A stretch of DNA of 64,000 bases from a virus. The notes beneath the pieces are model-generated. The model saw only the letters and a list, made by a program, of their open reading frames with translations. It was not told where the DNA came from and made no database searches. Positions 37,508-46,577 of the stretch are shown piece after piece (within the stretch, counting starts at the first letter, position 1; the number at the start of each line of letters is the position of its first letter). The position numbers and the translations under genes are program-made. Location of the stretch: IMG/VR virus record IMGVR_UViG_3300027791_000007, positions 32,001-96,000 of that record. One strand, written 5' to 3'.

Positions 37508-37635
37508 GAGTTACAACCTTCGCAGTTACAGTTATCATCACATTGTCCTTTACAAGCACACGAACTATCGCACCCACAAGGATTAGGAGTTTCATCTGAA
37601 CCATCGTATATTTCTTTCAACTCTTTTCGTTCCAT
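37504..37635 (-). CDS. Cys-rich metallothionein-like peptide (43 aa)
   Basis: AAAGGAG SD; MERKELKEIYDGSDETPNPCGCDSSCACKGQCDDNCNCEGCNS; ATGA overlap with the next gene. Confidence 0.75.
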   Translation of the reverse strand: MERKELKEIYDGSDETPNPCGCDSSCACKGQCDDNCNCEGCNS

Positions 37636-37654
37636 TTTTAACTCCTTTAATAGT

Positions 37655-37687
37655 ATATAGTAGGGGAGCAGAACCCCCCTACTATAT
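37655..37687. terminator. 12-bp stem-loop
   Basis: ATATAGTAGGGG/CCCCTACTATAT inverted repeat. Confidence 0.55.
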
Positions 37688-37693
37688 TTAATA

Positions 37694-37813
37694 TTACTTC
37701 TTTGCAGCCCTCTTGACTACCTTTTTAACTGCCTGAACTGCTTTAGGAGCAGTTGTACGAGCTACTGGAGGCACCATCATTTTGCCTGCTTTTGACATGA
37801 ATCTTAATCCCAT
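37694..37813 (-). CDS. small basic (histone-tail-like) peptide (39 aa)
   Basis: AAAGGAG SD; MGLRFMSKAGKMMVPPVARTTAPKAVQAVKKVVKRAAKK. Confidence 0.65.
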   Translation of the reverse strand: MGLRFMSKAGKMMVPPVARTTAPKAVQAVKKVVKRAAKK

Positions 37814-37842
37814 TGTAATCTCCTTTATCTAATATGGGAAAT

Positions 37843-37860
37843 GGGGAGGCGAACCCCCCC
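37843..37860 (-). terminator. UUCG-capped hairpin after the fibre gene
   Basis: GGGGGGG-TTCG-CCTCCCC. Confidence 0.55.
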
Positions 37861-37871
37861 AAATCTAATTA

Positions 37872-38345
37872 TTAGTTAGCGATATCAACAAGTCCACTAT
37901 CAGCACCAGCATCATGCTGTCCGATAACGGCCCATGAAGAACCAGTCCACATTAGTATAACAGCATCACCGTCATCAACAAAGTTGATGTCTGCATAACC
38001 CAATGGGTCAGCAGGTGTACATACAGATGTACCACCATCAGTGTCGTTAATGATAACTTTCAACTGACCTACGATAGTTCCATCAGCAATAGTAGTAGCG
38101 TTAGAACCAGCAGTCTGAAGCAAAGTAACAGCAGTTGTTACAGACAATGCAGCCTGTGTACCATCAGAAATATCTTCTACAGAATTTGAAAATCCGATAA
38201 AAGAAGGAAGGTTGTTAATAAAGTTAGTTACACTAACCTTTTTGTTAATAGGTGTTCCAGTTGGATCATCTACAACGTGTAGCAAGTCTGCGCCTGCGAT
38301 GCCTGTTGAAAGGTCAGTCAGTGCAGTAATTTTCTTATCAGCCAT
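37872..38345 (-). CDS. virion structural / fibre-like protein
   Basis: MADKKITALT..L...DLL.VVD fibre N-terminal motif; C-terminal G...L.WTGSSW. Confidence 0.75.
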   Translation of the reverse strand: MADKKITALTDLSTGIAGADLLHVVDDPTGTPINKKVSVTNFINNLPSFIGFSNSVEDISDGTQAALSVTTAVTLLQTAGSNATTIADGTIVGQLKVIINDTDGGTSVCTPADPLGYADINFVDDGDAVILMWTGSSWAVIGQHDAGADSGLVDIAN

Positions 38346-38435
38346 TTTTATTCTCCTTAAATAGCGTTATTAAATACCTAGACAATTCTAGGAATATTAC
38401 TGTAGGTACACACTCGGCGTCCTACATCACCCATG

Positions 38436-38735
38436 TTATTCTTTTTTGGAGACTGTAGATAAATCTTTATCTATCGACTCTTGACTAACATCAATTATAT
38501 AACCGTCTAGAAGATCTTGGGTTACTTGTTTTGCACCAGTAAGTGCATTTATCAACCCAACATATTCTAATCTCTTCTTGTCATGCAAATCTAGTTGGGA
38601 TTTAACCTTTTCTAAATCTGCATCTAGTACCGTATCCTTTTGCAACAACTTGTTAAACAATGCAGCTGCTTTGGTGCCAGGCACTAGTACAATTTCTTCT
38701 CGTTCAGTGTTATCCACTCTCTGTTTCATTACCAT
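38436..38735 (-). CDS. hypothetical coiled-coil protein
   Basis: Downstream of a late promoter. Confidence 0.6.
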   Translation of the reverse strand: MVMKQRVDNTEREEIVLVPGTKAAALFNKLLQKDTVLDADLEKVKSQLDLHDKKRLEYVGLINALTGAKQVTQDLLDGYIIDVSQESIDKDLSTVSKKE

Positions 38736-38762
38736 ATTATATTCACCTTTAATTTATAATAT

Positions 38763-38770
38763 TATTTATA
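38763..38770 (-). promoter_or_regulatory. late promoter TATAAATA
   Basis: Exact motif. Confidence 0.7.
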
Positions 38771-38798
38771 AGACTTTTTGGCCCTATTTTTTCACTTA

Positions 38799-39989
38799 TT
38801 ATGTAGTAGTAACTCCGTTTAGGATAGAACCAGTTCCACTTGTAGAACCTACTTGTGAGTGTAATACAATATCAGAAGTCTTATCTTCTGCAAGTATAGC
38901 ATCAAACTCATCAGCACTTGAACCGTTTGTAGCATCAAAGATGATTGTACCACTAGTATCTCTACCTTCTGTACCATCTTCAAGCAATCCAATTTTGACA
39001 GCAGTATCTTCACCAGTTCTTGTAATACCAGTAATATCTGTAGTTCCACTATCTCCTTGAACAACTAAGTCTAATCCCTCATCACACAAACTGTCGTGTC
39101 CATCAGCAGAGAAGTTTAGAACTATGTCGTTTGCAACTGTAACTGGTCTTGAAAGTGTGACACTTGTTGAACCATTTGTTGCAGTAACAGTTAATGAACC
39201 ATCTTGTGATAAGTCAGTTGAACCATTTTCGTCTGTCAATGGTGTTGCATTTGCCTGTCCGTAAACTTTCATACCTACTGCAATTGTACCAGAGTTACCA
39301 TCTAGAACCAAAGCAGTTGTTGCTGTTGTAATTGCACCATTTACCGTTCCAACAATAGCAGCAACGGAGTCAAGAACAATTCTACCAGCAGGAACAGCGT
39401 CAGTACCACCTTCTTGTCTTATTGCAAGGATAGATGTTCCATCTTCTTCTGTAGCATCAGCAGAACCGTTGAAAACGATTGCTTTTGTGTTAAATCCAAT
39501 AAAACCAGCAGCGGCCGCTTGTAGTGAACCTCTGAATGTAATTTGGTTTGTTCCAGAACCAGAGAGATATTGGGCAGCAATTGTGTTGTCCTCTACCATG
39601 TCTGTCGCACCAAGTCTATTTAATAGAATGTATGCTTTGTTTGTTACTGTTTGGTTCGCTGTTACAGCGGCACTTGTCATGTCTACTGCTTCATCGAATG
39701 TTAGTGTTATATCAAATGTTGCACTATCGGCATATATACCGTCTGTCCAATCAATTGAGCGTACCGTAGCCGAACCAGCAATTGCCGCAAGGTTTCTAAT
39801 GCATACTAGGATTTCTGGTTGAGCATCTTTATTGTCGTTACCAGAAGCCGCAAGGCCAGAGGCAAGCGCCCATCCACCACTTGTTGCAATGGCGTTTTGT
39901 CTCGAACCCATTGATCCAGAAGCATTATCGTCCTCAGGCAAGAATTTTGGTCGGTTAGCTGAACTTGTATTTGATCCCCATAAACCCAT
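38799..39989 (-). CDS. virion structural protein
   Basis: MGLWG start; Thr/Gly/Asp/Ala-rich beta-type sequence; late promoter. Confidence 0.75.
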   Translation of the reverse strand: MGLWGSNTSSANRPKFLPEDDNASGSMGSRQNAIATSGGWALASGLAASGNDNKDAQPEILVCIRNLAAIAGSATVRSIDWTDGIYADSATFDITLTFDEAVDMTSAAVTANQTVTNKAYILLNRLGATDMVEDNTIAAQYLSGSGTNQITFRGSLQAAAAGFIGFNTKAIVFNGSADATEEDGTSILAIRQEGGTDAVPAGRIVLDSVAAIVGTVNGAITTATTALVLDGNSGTIAVGMKVYGQANATPLTDENGSTDLSQDGSLTVTATNGSTSVTLSRPVTVANDIVLNFSADGHDSLCDEGLDLVVQGDSGTTDITGITRTGEDTAVKIGLLEDGTEGRDTSGTIIFDATNGSSADEFDAILAEDKTSDIVLHSQVGSTSGTGSILNGVTTT

Positions 39990-40024
39990 TTTAATCTCCT
40001 TTAGATCTTTAATCTATTTCCTTT

Positions 40025-40032
40025 TATTTATA
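40025..40032 (-). promoter_or_regulatory. late promoter TATAAATA
   Basis: Exact motif. Confidence 0.7.
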
Positions 40033-40033
40033 A

Positions 40034-40546
40034 TTATCTATATCCCAAAGACTTCAATCTTGTAATAGTTTTATTGACATTCGTGTGATGAACCCCAATT
40101 CCACCTCTTTGTTCCCATTCCTTAATGTTCTTTATGTAATCATCAACTAAAACGGATGGTTTCCCATCAATTGTGGCATATGCCTGTTTCTGATCTCTTT
40201 GTACCAAATGAATATTACCTCGTTTAACATTCGTATTTTTGGCCAACCATTTCATCTTACCTGGCCTAGAATTTGAATCCTTCTTTGAAAAAGCAGAAAG
40301 AATATGTGCATCATATTTAGCAATAAATTGCCATAACTTTTTAGAACCAGGCATCCATTCTAACTCTGCCCAGAAACCTTTAGTATCACTAATCTTCTGC
40401 CATCGTTCTCCCTTATCAGCAGTAACAAATGAACCCCCAGCAGCTTTATCAGCACCAGCCATAAAGTTACATAGAACTTGATCCATGTCACAATATATAA
40501 TAGGCAAATCTTCTTTTGCCGTCATTAACTCCGAAAGAGTTTTCAT
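40034..40546 (-). CDS. HAD-family 5'(3')-nucleotidase-like phosphatase
   Basis: IYCDMDQVL, ILSA, K..W, VLVDDY..NI.EW...GG.G. Confidence 0.85.
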   Translation of the reverse strand: MKTLSELMTAKEDLPIIYCDMDQVLCNFMAGADKAAGGSFVTADKGERWQKISDTKGFWAELEWMPGSKKLWQFIAKYDAHILSAFSKKDSNSRPGKMKWLAKNTNVKRGNIHLVQRDQKQAYATIDGKPSVLVDDYIKNIKEWEQRGGIGVHHTNVNKTITRLKSLGYR

Positions 40547-40549
40547 ACT

Positions 40550-41074
40550 TTAATCCTTTATTTTAGGATCAATTTCAACCTTTGCAGCTGGTTCACCAGT
40601 TGCGGCTTTTGAACCTTTTGCAAAATCTTTTTTCTCTTTCATCTTCTTTTTGTTCTCATCTTCAAAAGGATTCTTACCCTCTTGTCCACTCCAAACTTTC
40701 TTTAGAGCTTCCCTCATAGATAATGACTTACCATTCATTGCAGAGAGTTGTTCTTCAACTTCTTTTTTAGATTTTTCATCTACACCAAGTGGAGCCTTTT
40801 TTTCTTCTACTGGTTTAGCAGAGGAAAACGACCACTCTTTAAGTTTACCAATTAGTTGATTAACTGCTTCAGATTTCTCACCAGTGTAGTTCTTATCAAT
40901 ATAATCAAAAAACTTTTTCTTTGCTTTATCATCTTTTAATTCAGCAGGCGATTTAATATTAAACTTTTTCAATGCACCGTTAAAGAATTTTTGGTACTCT
41001 GCTTTAGTTCCGTCTGTTAGACTAGCCTTAATCGCCTCTTCAAGACTACCCTCTTTTTTATCAAAATATGCCAT
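40550..41074 (-). CDS. putative prohead core / internal protein
   Basis: Lys/Glu-rich; SLEEAI; EYQKFF...LKKF...SPA.L...KKKFF..IDK. Confidence 0.6.
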   Translation of the reverse strand: MAYFDKKEGSLEEAIKASLTDGTKAEYQKFFNGALKKFNIKSPAELKDDKAKKKFFDYIDKNYTGEKSEAVNQLIGKLKEWSFSSAKPVEEKKAPLGVDEKSKKEVEEQLSAMNGKSLSMREALKKVWSGQEGKNPFEDENKKKMKEKKDFAKGSKAATGEPAAKVEIDPKIKD

Positions 41075-41083
41075 TTTAGTCTC

Positions 41084-42433
41084 CTACTTTTTTAGCGCAT
41101 TAAGCAAGTCTTTGTATGACTTCGCTATTTGGTTTGAAAATTTTGCTTTGTCGATTGATGTTCGTATTGATGCAAATTTGTTCAGTGCTGCTTGTGCAAT
41201 CTTATCGTTAACCTTGACTTTTTTATTATCATTGAACTTGACATCTTTTAGTCCTCTTAGACTAACTGATTTTCTAAGTTGCATAAGAATATTATTATCA
41301 GCGGTTTTAATATCATCGTCTGTAGCAAAATCATCAATATCAGCAGGGTCGACTTTTCGTGCCTCTACTGTTTCTTCTTCTTCTTTAAGTTGCGACTTAT
41401 CTACTTTATCACCAATACTCTGTGCAGTCTTTAATCTTGCAATTTTAAGTGGTGAAACATCTTTTAACCTTTTCTCTAAAGAACCTCTTTCTATCTTCAA
41501 ATCTTTTTCATCACTATCTATTGCATAGATTTTCATATCTGTACCAACAAGAGCATATGTTATTTTTGGTGCTTCATCTAAATCTAATTCAGGCCTGTAG
41601 GGTTCAACGATTCTAGAAGCGTTACCTTCTGGAATAACTCTTAGTTTACCAGCAATGTATAGTGGATGCATCTTCATTGCTTTTTGTGCATCTTCCTCAT
41701 CATTACTGTCTACTTTAACTACGAACTTTCCACCTTTAGTGTCTAACTTGTATGCAATATTACCCATTGCATCGTCTACATCAATAGCGATGTTCTTCAT
41801 TTTACCTTCTTTGACATATGCCAACAGTTCTTCATTTTGTCTCCTCAAAACAGCTGCAACTTGTGTCTGTTTTGATAAACCTTTTTTAATTTTTTCTATT
41901 GCATTTACAGCGCCAGTCATGTTTCCTTGTTTATATCTAGGATCGGATGCGACTCCAATTGCCATTTTTACCTCTTTCGGTGTGTAGTTCTCATCAAGGT
42001 CTAATGTAACACACTCCTCGGCCAATGTCAAGTCTTTTTTTTCATTAATTCCTTCTAATTTGATAGTTTTCATTGATGCAGCCATATCACCAAGTGCTAG
42101 ACTTACATTACCGTCTGGCCTCTTGTATAAGAAGTACTTCATACCACCCTTACCACCATCCTTTTTCAGAGTGATTTTCTCACCCATACCAGCAGAACCC
42201 ATCTTTACTTTGTTTTTAGATGTTACTATGAAAGTACTAGACATGTTTTGTGCAACAGACGAGTCGTAACCAATTGTAACTTTTTGTTTTGATTTTAATT
42301 TATCAAATGCAGTTACAGCATCTTTTTTGATATCTTCGGTTACAGAGTATGCTTTTCTACTAGCAATGGAATCAGCATTGTCCATGACTTTGGCGTAAAG
42401 TTCGTATATATTTGTATATTTGTTCATGGTCAT
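41084..42433 (-). CDS. putative multi-domain internal virion protein
   Basis: Late promoter; small domains separated by xxE sites (VTE, INE, LDE, VKE, LKE). Confidence 0.6.
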   Translation of the reverse strand: MTMNKYTNIYELYAKVMDNADSIASRKAYSVTEDIKKDAVTAFDKLKSKQKVTIGYDSSVAQNMSSTFIVTSKNKVKMGSAGMGEKITLKKDGGKGGMKYFLYKRPDGNVSLALGDMAASMKTIKLEGINEKKDLTLAEECVTLDLDENYTPKEVKMAIGVASDPRYKQGNMTGAVNAIEKIKKGLSKQTQVAAVLRRQNEELLAYVKEGKMKNIAIDVDDAMGNIAYKLDTKGGKFVVKVDSNDEEDAQKAMKMHPLYIAGKLRVIPEGNASRIVEPYRPELDLDEAPKITYALVGTDMKIYAIDSDEKDLKIERGSLEKRLKDVSPLKIARLKTAQSIGDKVDKSQLKEEEETVEARKVDPADIDDFATDDDIKTADNNILMQLRKSVSLRGLKDVKFNDNKKVKVNDKIAQAALNKFASIRTSIDKAKFSNQIAKSYKDLLNALKK

Positions 42434-42446
42434 TCCTTTATAGTAT

Positions 42447-42454
42447 TATTTATA
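42447..42454 (-). promoter_or_regulatory. late promoter TATAAATA
   Basis: Exact motif. Confidence 0.7.
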
Positions 42455-42457
42455 AAA

Positions 42458-44149
42458 TTAAGCGCCTGCTCCGTGTACAGTTTTTAAAGTAGTTCCACCA
42501 GAGTTCTTAATCAATAGTGTGGATAGTGTTTTTAGTTGTGTTGAACCAATAGCATCGTCTGCCATCATTGTCTCTGTCACACTGTCATCCGTAATTCCTA
42601 TTGCGATTTGATTATTTGTCACTGTCGTAGTAATACCATCTCCACCAGCAAAGTTCAATGTGTCTGTTCCTACAGCAACAGCATCATCACTACCACTGTC
42701 GGCACCAACTGTTAGTGTACTGGATATATTAGCAGTTGTCATTGATGTAATCAAACCTTGACTATTAAATGTAACCACTGGAATTGAAGTAGTTGAACCT
42801 ACAGTTGCACCAGTAACAATATCTGCAAGGACATTATTTCTTGTGAAATCTTCTTGAAGTATACTTTGACCTTCATCAGAACCAGAAGTATTTGTAGCAT
42901 CGAGAATAACTTCATCTCCACTATCATCTTCTAATGCGATACCATCATTTAAATCATCATCAACATGGATGTACTTCTTTGCAAAATCATCATAACGAAG
43001 CATTGCACCGTGGAATCTAGAACCAGCATCTATATCGTCCAAACCAAATAGTTTGATTTCTCCACCACCACCACCAGAGATTTCTCCTTGTGCAGTAGCT
43101 TTTGCATTTTCAGTAATAATTGGTGAAAGATTTTTAATAGTCTGTCCAAACATTTCCTTAAACTTGGAAAGGTCGGCACGTACTTTTTCTACTTCTGTTC
43201 TTTCGTCTATGACTTCTGGATCATTCTTATCATAAGCAACTGTATCAAGTTGTCTAAGAACATCATCAACATAGTTTTGAGCATCGTCAATCTTACTTGT
43301 AAATACTGTCTTATTATCTTTATATGCCTGTATAACTGGATTGAGTTTCTCGTTCTCCATCCTTTCAACTTGTGCTTGATGCATGTCAGCAATTCTTGAT
43401 TTCTTTTCATCAATTGCTGATTGTCTATCTTTTTCAAGTGCTTTCATCTCTTTCTTATAAACTTGTGAATTAACATCACCTCTCTTTAAGGCTTCATATA
43501 ATTCTTTTCTTTTCTCTAAATTTATGAATGTATCAGCATCTTCTTGGAATTGGGAAGTTACCGATTGTTTACCTAGTTTTCTAGTTGGTTGTATGGGTTG
43601 AATTGGTGTAATTGGTTTTACAGATTCACTAACAACTTTCTTATGAATAATTGGTTTTTTCTTTTCTTCGACAATCGGTTCAGGCTTAACACTTACCTTA
43701 ATATCATCGGCATTAAACCCAATCTTACTATTCTCTTTTAAACCAAAAGCCCTTGCAACGGATGCTGATGGTTTTTTAATTTCTTTTATTTCTTCTGTGA
43801 CTTGTTCTTTCTTTACTTTAAAATCAGTTATGTTACCAAAAATACTAACTAGTTCTTGTAAACTCTCTTTTGCTTTTTCAATAGAAGGTTTTACTTCTTC
43901 AAGACTTCTAACCTCTTCTTCAAGATGTTTCTGACCTTTGTTATTAAAACTATCAACTGAAATAATAGATGTTTTCATATCCTCATTAATGAAATTCATC
44001 TTCTCTTCTATTCTTTTTTCTTCAGCAAGTTGGGCTTCAATCTTTGCCTCTAAAACCTTTGTCTGTTTAGATTTCTTATCTTTACGAACCTCATCTATGG
44101 ATAAACCAGCGAGTTTTCGTAATTTTTGTTTTGGTTTTAAATCATCCAT
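42458..44149 (-). CDS. late protein with charged N-terminus, GGGGGE linker and fibre-like C-terminus
   Basis: Coiled-coil N half; Thr/Gly/Asp-rich C half. Confidence 0.65.
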   Translation of the reverse strand: MDDLKPKQKLRKLAGLSIDEVRKDKKSKQTKVLEAKIEAQLAEEKRIEEKMNFINEDMKTSIISVDSFNNKGQKHLEEEVRSLEEVKPSIEKAKESLQELVSIFGNITDFKVKKEQVTEEIKEIKKPSASVARAFGLKENSKIGFNADDIKVSVKPEPIVEEKKKPIIHKKVVSESVKPITPIQPIQPTRKLGKQSVTSQFQEDADTFINLEKRKELYEALKRGDVNSQVYKKEMKALEKDRQSAIDEKKSRIADMHQAQVERMENEKLNPVIQAYKDNKTVFTSKIDDAQNYVDDVLRQLDTVAYDKNDPEVIDERTEVEKVRADLSKFKEMFGQTIKNLSPIITENAKATAQGEISGGGGGEIKLFGLDDIDAGSRFHGAMLRYDDFAKKYIHVDDDLNDGIALEDDSGDEVILDATNTSGSDEGQSILQEDFTRNNVLADIVTGATVGSTTSIPVVTFNSQGLITSMTTANISSTLTVGADSGSDDAVAVGTDTLNFAGGDGITTTVTNNQIAIGITDDSVTETMMADDAIGSTQLKTLSTLLIKNSGGTTLKTVHGAGA

Positions 44150-44156
44150 ATTCCTA

Positions 44157-46577
44157 TTAACCTTTCATCAAGTCTGTGACGGATTTGGTACTCCAAAACT
44201 TACACGACCAATATCCTGCTGTAGTCTTATCTTTTTTCTGATCGCAATTGTGTCTTGCACGAAAATTCTTTCTCGCTTGTGGGTCATCTCGTTTGATTGA
44301 CATATTTGGGTCACCAAACTCTACCTTCACAACATTGCCCTTATCGTTCTTTACATAAACTTTGTACTTTTTGACATCACCCTTTGTTGGATTATTTAGT
44401 TCTTTGCCTTCAGCATCTTCTGTATATTCACCCCAATCATTCATTTTCTTAAATTCAGTAAATGATGCGGCAAGTTTAGTTATTGCTTTTCTTCTTGAGA
44501 ATTTTGTTTGGCCTGATTTACCCTTTTTGGGGATTAGTAAATTAGGTAATTTTTTGTCTTTCTTTAGAGTTGATTTCTCTTCCATATCTGTTGATTCTGG
44601 TACACAGTTAGGAACTTGTTTTCCACCCTTATTCTTCATACCAACTTGTTTGTAACCATCCCAACATGGGCCTGTATCAGACTTTAATGATTCCTCATCA
44701 AAGTTATCAGCACAATCATCACAACAACCAACCTTTTCTAACATTGATTCCTTGACTTCTTGTAGTTTCCACCACCAATCTTCACCATGTCTTAATTGAT
44801 AGTTTGCACGAACAACTTGACTTTCAAACCACTCATTAACTTGGCCTGGTGTTACTTTCTTAGTATGATCTGCATAGTCTTTACCAATTTCATATGATTC
44901 TGCTTTTTTCTTCTTCTTATATCCACCTTGTGAAATGTCTTTTTGTAAATCTGGGTCTGCTTTACCACCAGTTAACATAGAATTAACTCTTGCAAATGCC
45001 CACTGTTGTGGGGTTGTGCCTGGGCGATGTCCACCTTTCCATGCAGCCAGTCCTCTGTCATATGACTTTTTAAGAATACCATATGGAACACCACTCTGTT
45101 TTGATTTGTTTACAAGTCCTTCAATCTTTTCGTCTAACTGTACTGATTCAGTATATGGGATTTGTTTAAGACCTCGTTCTTTTTCTACTTGTTTATTTGC
45201 TTTGTCAAGTATAGATGATATATCAGAACCATCAAATGCAATAGGTTTTGTTGGGTCACCAGTTATCCACCCCTTTTCCTTTGACTTTTTATCATCTACT
45301 TGGCCTGGATAATGTTTGAAATCTTCTTTTTTATCTCCAAACATCTGTTTAAACTTTTTAGTATACTGTGATGGTTTGGTATCAGCATCTTTATCGCCTG
45401 GAGCATTGTCTCTACTTCCACCTTTTGCAAAATGTCTTGCACGAGCAAGTTTAGTAGATTTTGACATTTCATCTCCTTCGGAATCTTTTGAGTAATACTT
45501 TGCTGGTTGTGTACCCTTTACATCTTTAACATCACCCTTGACTTGTTTTGTCTTTGTAATCTTCTTAGGTTCTTCTCTAAGTCTTGGTTCTCTACGATTA
45601 ACAGATGGGTCTTCCATTTTAAGATTTGATGGGTCATTGTTCATAGGATCATTATCTTTGTGTCCTACGTCCATACCCTTAATTACCTTATCACCCATAA
45701 CTCTGCGAGCCTTGTTCCTAGAAGAACGTCTTGCAATCTGTTCTGGTGTACCTTGATAATTTGCATACTCTTGTTTATAGTTTCTAACTTCTGTTAACCA
45801 TGCCTTATGTACTTTACCAGATGCATCGTTAAATGATATGTAATTAGTTCCTCTTGATATAATTTTACCATCAATACCATTTGCACTAATCATTTCTCCA
45901 ACTAACCAGATTTTTCCAGTAAGATACTTATCTCTTAGAGTTTCATAGTCATCCATGTCACCCATGTCTTTTTCTTCTCTGATACCCATATATTTACGAA
46001 CATCATTGAATAATTTTCTTGCAGTTGTTTCATCAGAAGCAACTCCTTGTTTGAAGATATCAAAACTATTTGCAGTTGCAGCAGCTCTCATCTTAGATGC
46101 CGACATACCCTCAACACCCTCTGCATCTGGATCTCTTTCTCCAGCAGAAATAACTTTGATTTCGTCAAAACCGTAATAACCGTGTTTCTTACCTTCTACA
46201 CCATTGTACTGATTTAGTAGTCTTTCAAACTCTTTTACTCTATCAGAACCAGCAATCATAGTGATTGACTTATATCCTAGTCCATGCAATCTAACAGCAA
46301 TGTCAAATACATTTCTTATTTTTGGATCTGCAACAATATTCTTAGAATGTTTTTTGAATATCTTTCTCATATATGCAATCTTTAGTGCATACGGTAAAGG
46401 GTCTTTAGCAGGACTTTGAGACTGTGAAGCGAAAATAGAATACTCTCTAGAACCAGAAGAGGTCTTTGCAACCTTTAGTATTAGTTTCTCATGCCCAACC
46501 GTTGGTGGATTGAATCTACCGAAAGTAAACGTATGATTAAACTTAGCTTCGTTAAGTATTTGTTTAAATTTTTTCAT
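44157..46577 (-). CDS. multi-domain protein: HIGH-family cytidylyltransferase-like domain, HNH-like domain and several small domains
   Basis: FTFGRFNPPTVGH, AGSDRV, SASKMR; DVGHKD.DP.NN..SNL; later QQWAFARVN, PCWDGY and FRARHNC...GYWSC modules. Confidence 0.8.
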   Translation of the reverse strand: MKKFKQILNEAKFNHTFTFGRFNPPTVGHEKLILKVAKTSSGSREYSIFASQSQSPAKDPLPYALKIAYMRKIFKKHSKNIVADPKIRNVFDIAVRLHGLGYKSITMIAGSDRVKEFERLLNQYNGVEGKKHGYYGFDEIKVISAGERDPDAEGVEGMSASKMRAAATANSFDIFKQGVASDETTARKLFNDVRKYMGIREEKDMGDMDDYETLRDKYLTGKIWLVGEMISANGIDGKIISRGTNYISFNDASGKVHKAWLTEVRNYKQEYANYQGTPEQIARRSSRNKARRVMGDKVIKGMDVGHKDNDPMNNDPSNLKMEDPSVNRREPRLREEPKKITKTKQVKGDVKDVKGTQPAKYYSKDSEGDEMSKSTKLARARHFAKGGSRDNAPGDKDADTKPSQYTKKFKQMFGDKKEDFKHYPGQVDDKKSKEKGWITGDPTKPIAFDGSDISSILDKANKQVEKERGLKQIPYTESVQLDEKIEGLVNKSKQSGVPYGILKKSYDRGLAAWKGGHRPGTTPQQWAFARVNSMLTGGKADPDLQKDISQGGYKKKKKAESYEIGKDYADHTKKVTPGQVNEWFESQVVRANYQLRHGEDWWWKLQEVKESMLEKVGCCDDCADNFDEESLKSDTGPCWDGYKQVGMKNKGGKQVPNCVPESTDMEEKSTLKKDKKLPNLLIPKKGKSGQTKFSRRKAITKLAASFTEFKKMNDWGEYTEDAEGKELNNPTKGDVKKYKVYVKNDKGNVVKVEFGDPNMSIKRDDPQARKNFRARHNCDQKKDKTTAGYWSCKFWSTKSVTDLMKG

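Noticed and set aside
37457-37660. Plus-strand 67-aa ORF
   Set aside because: It is the antisense shadow of the Cys-rich peptide gene, which has an SD and gene coupling.
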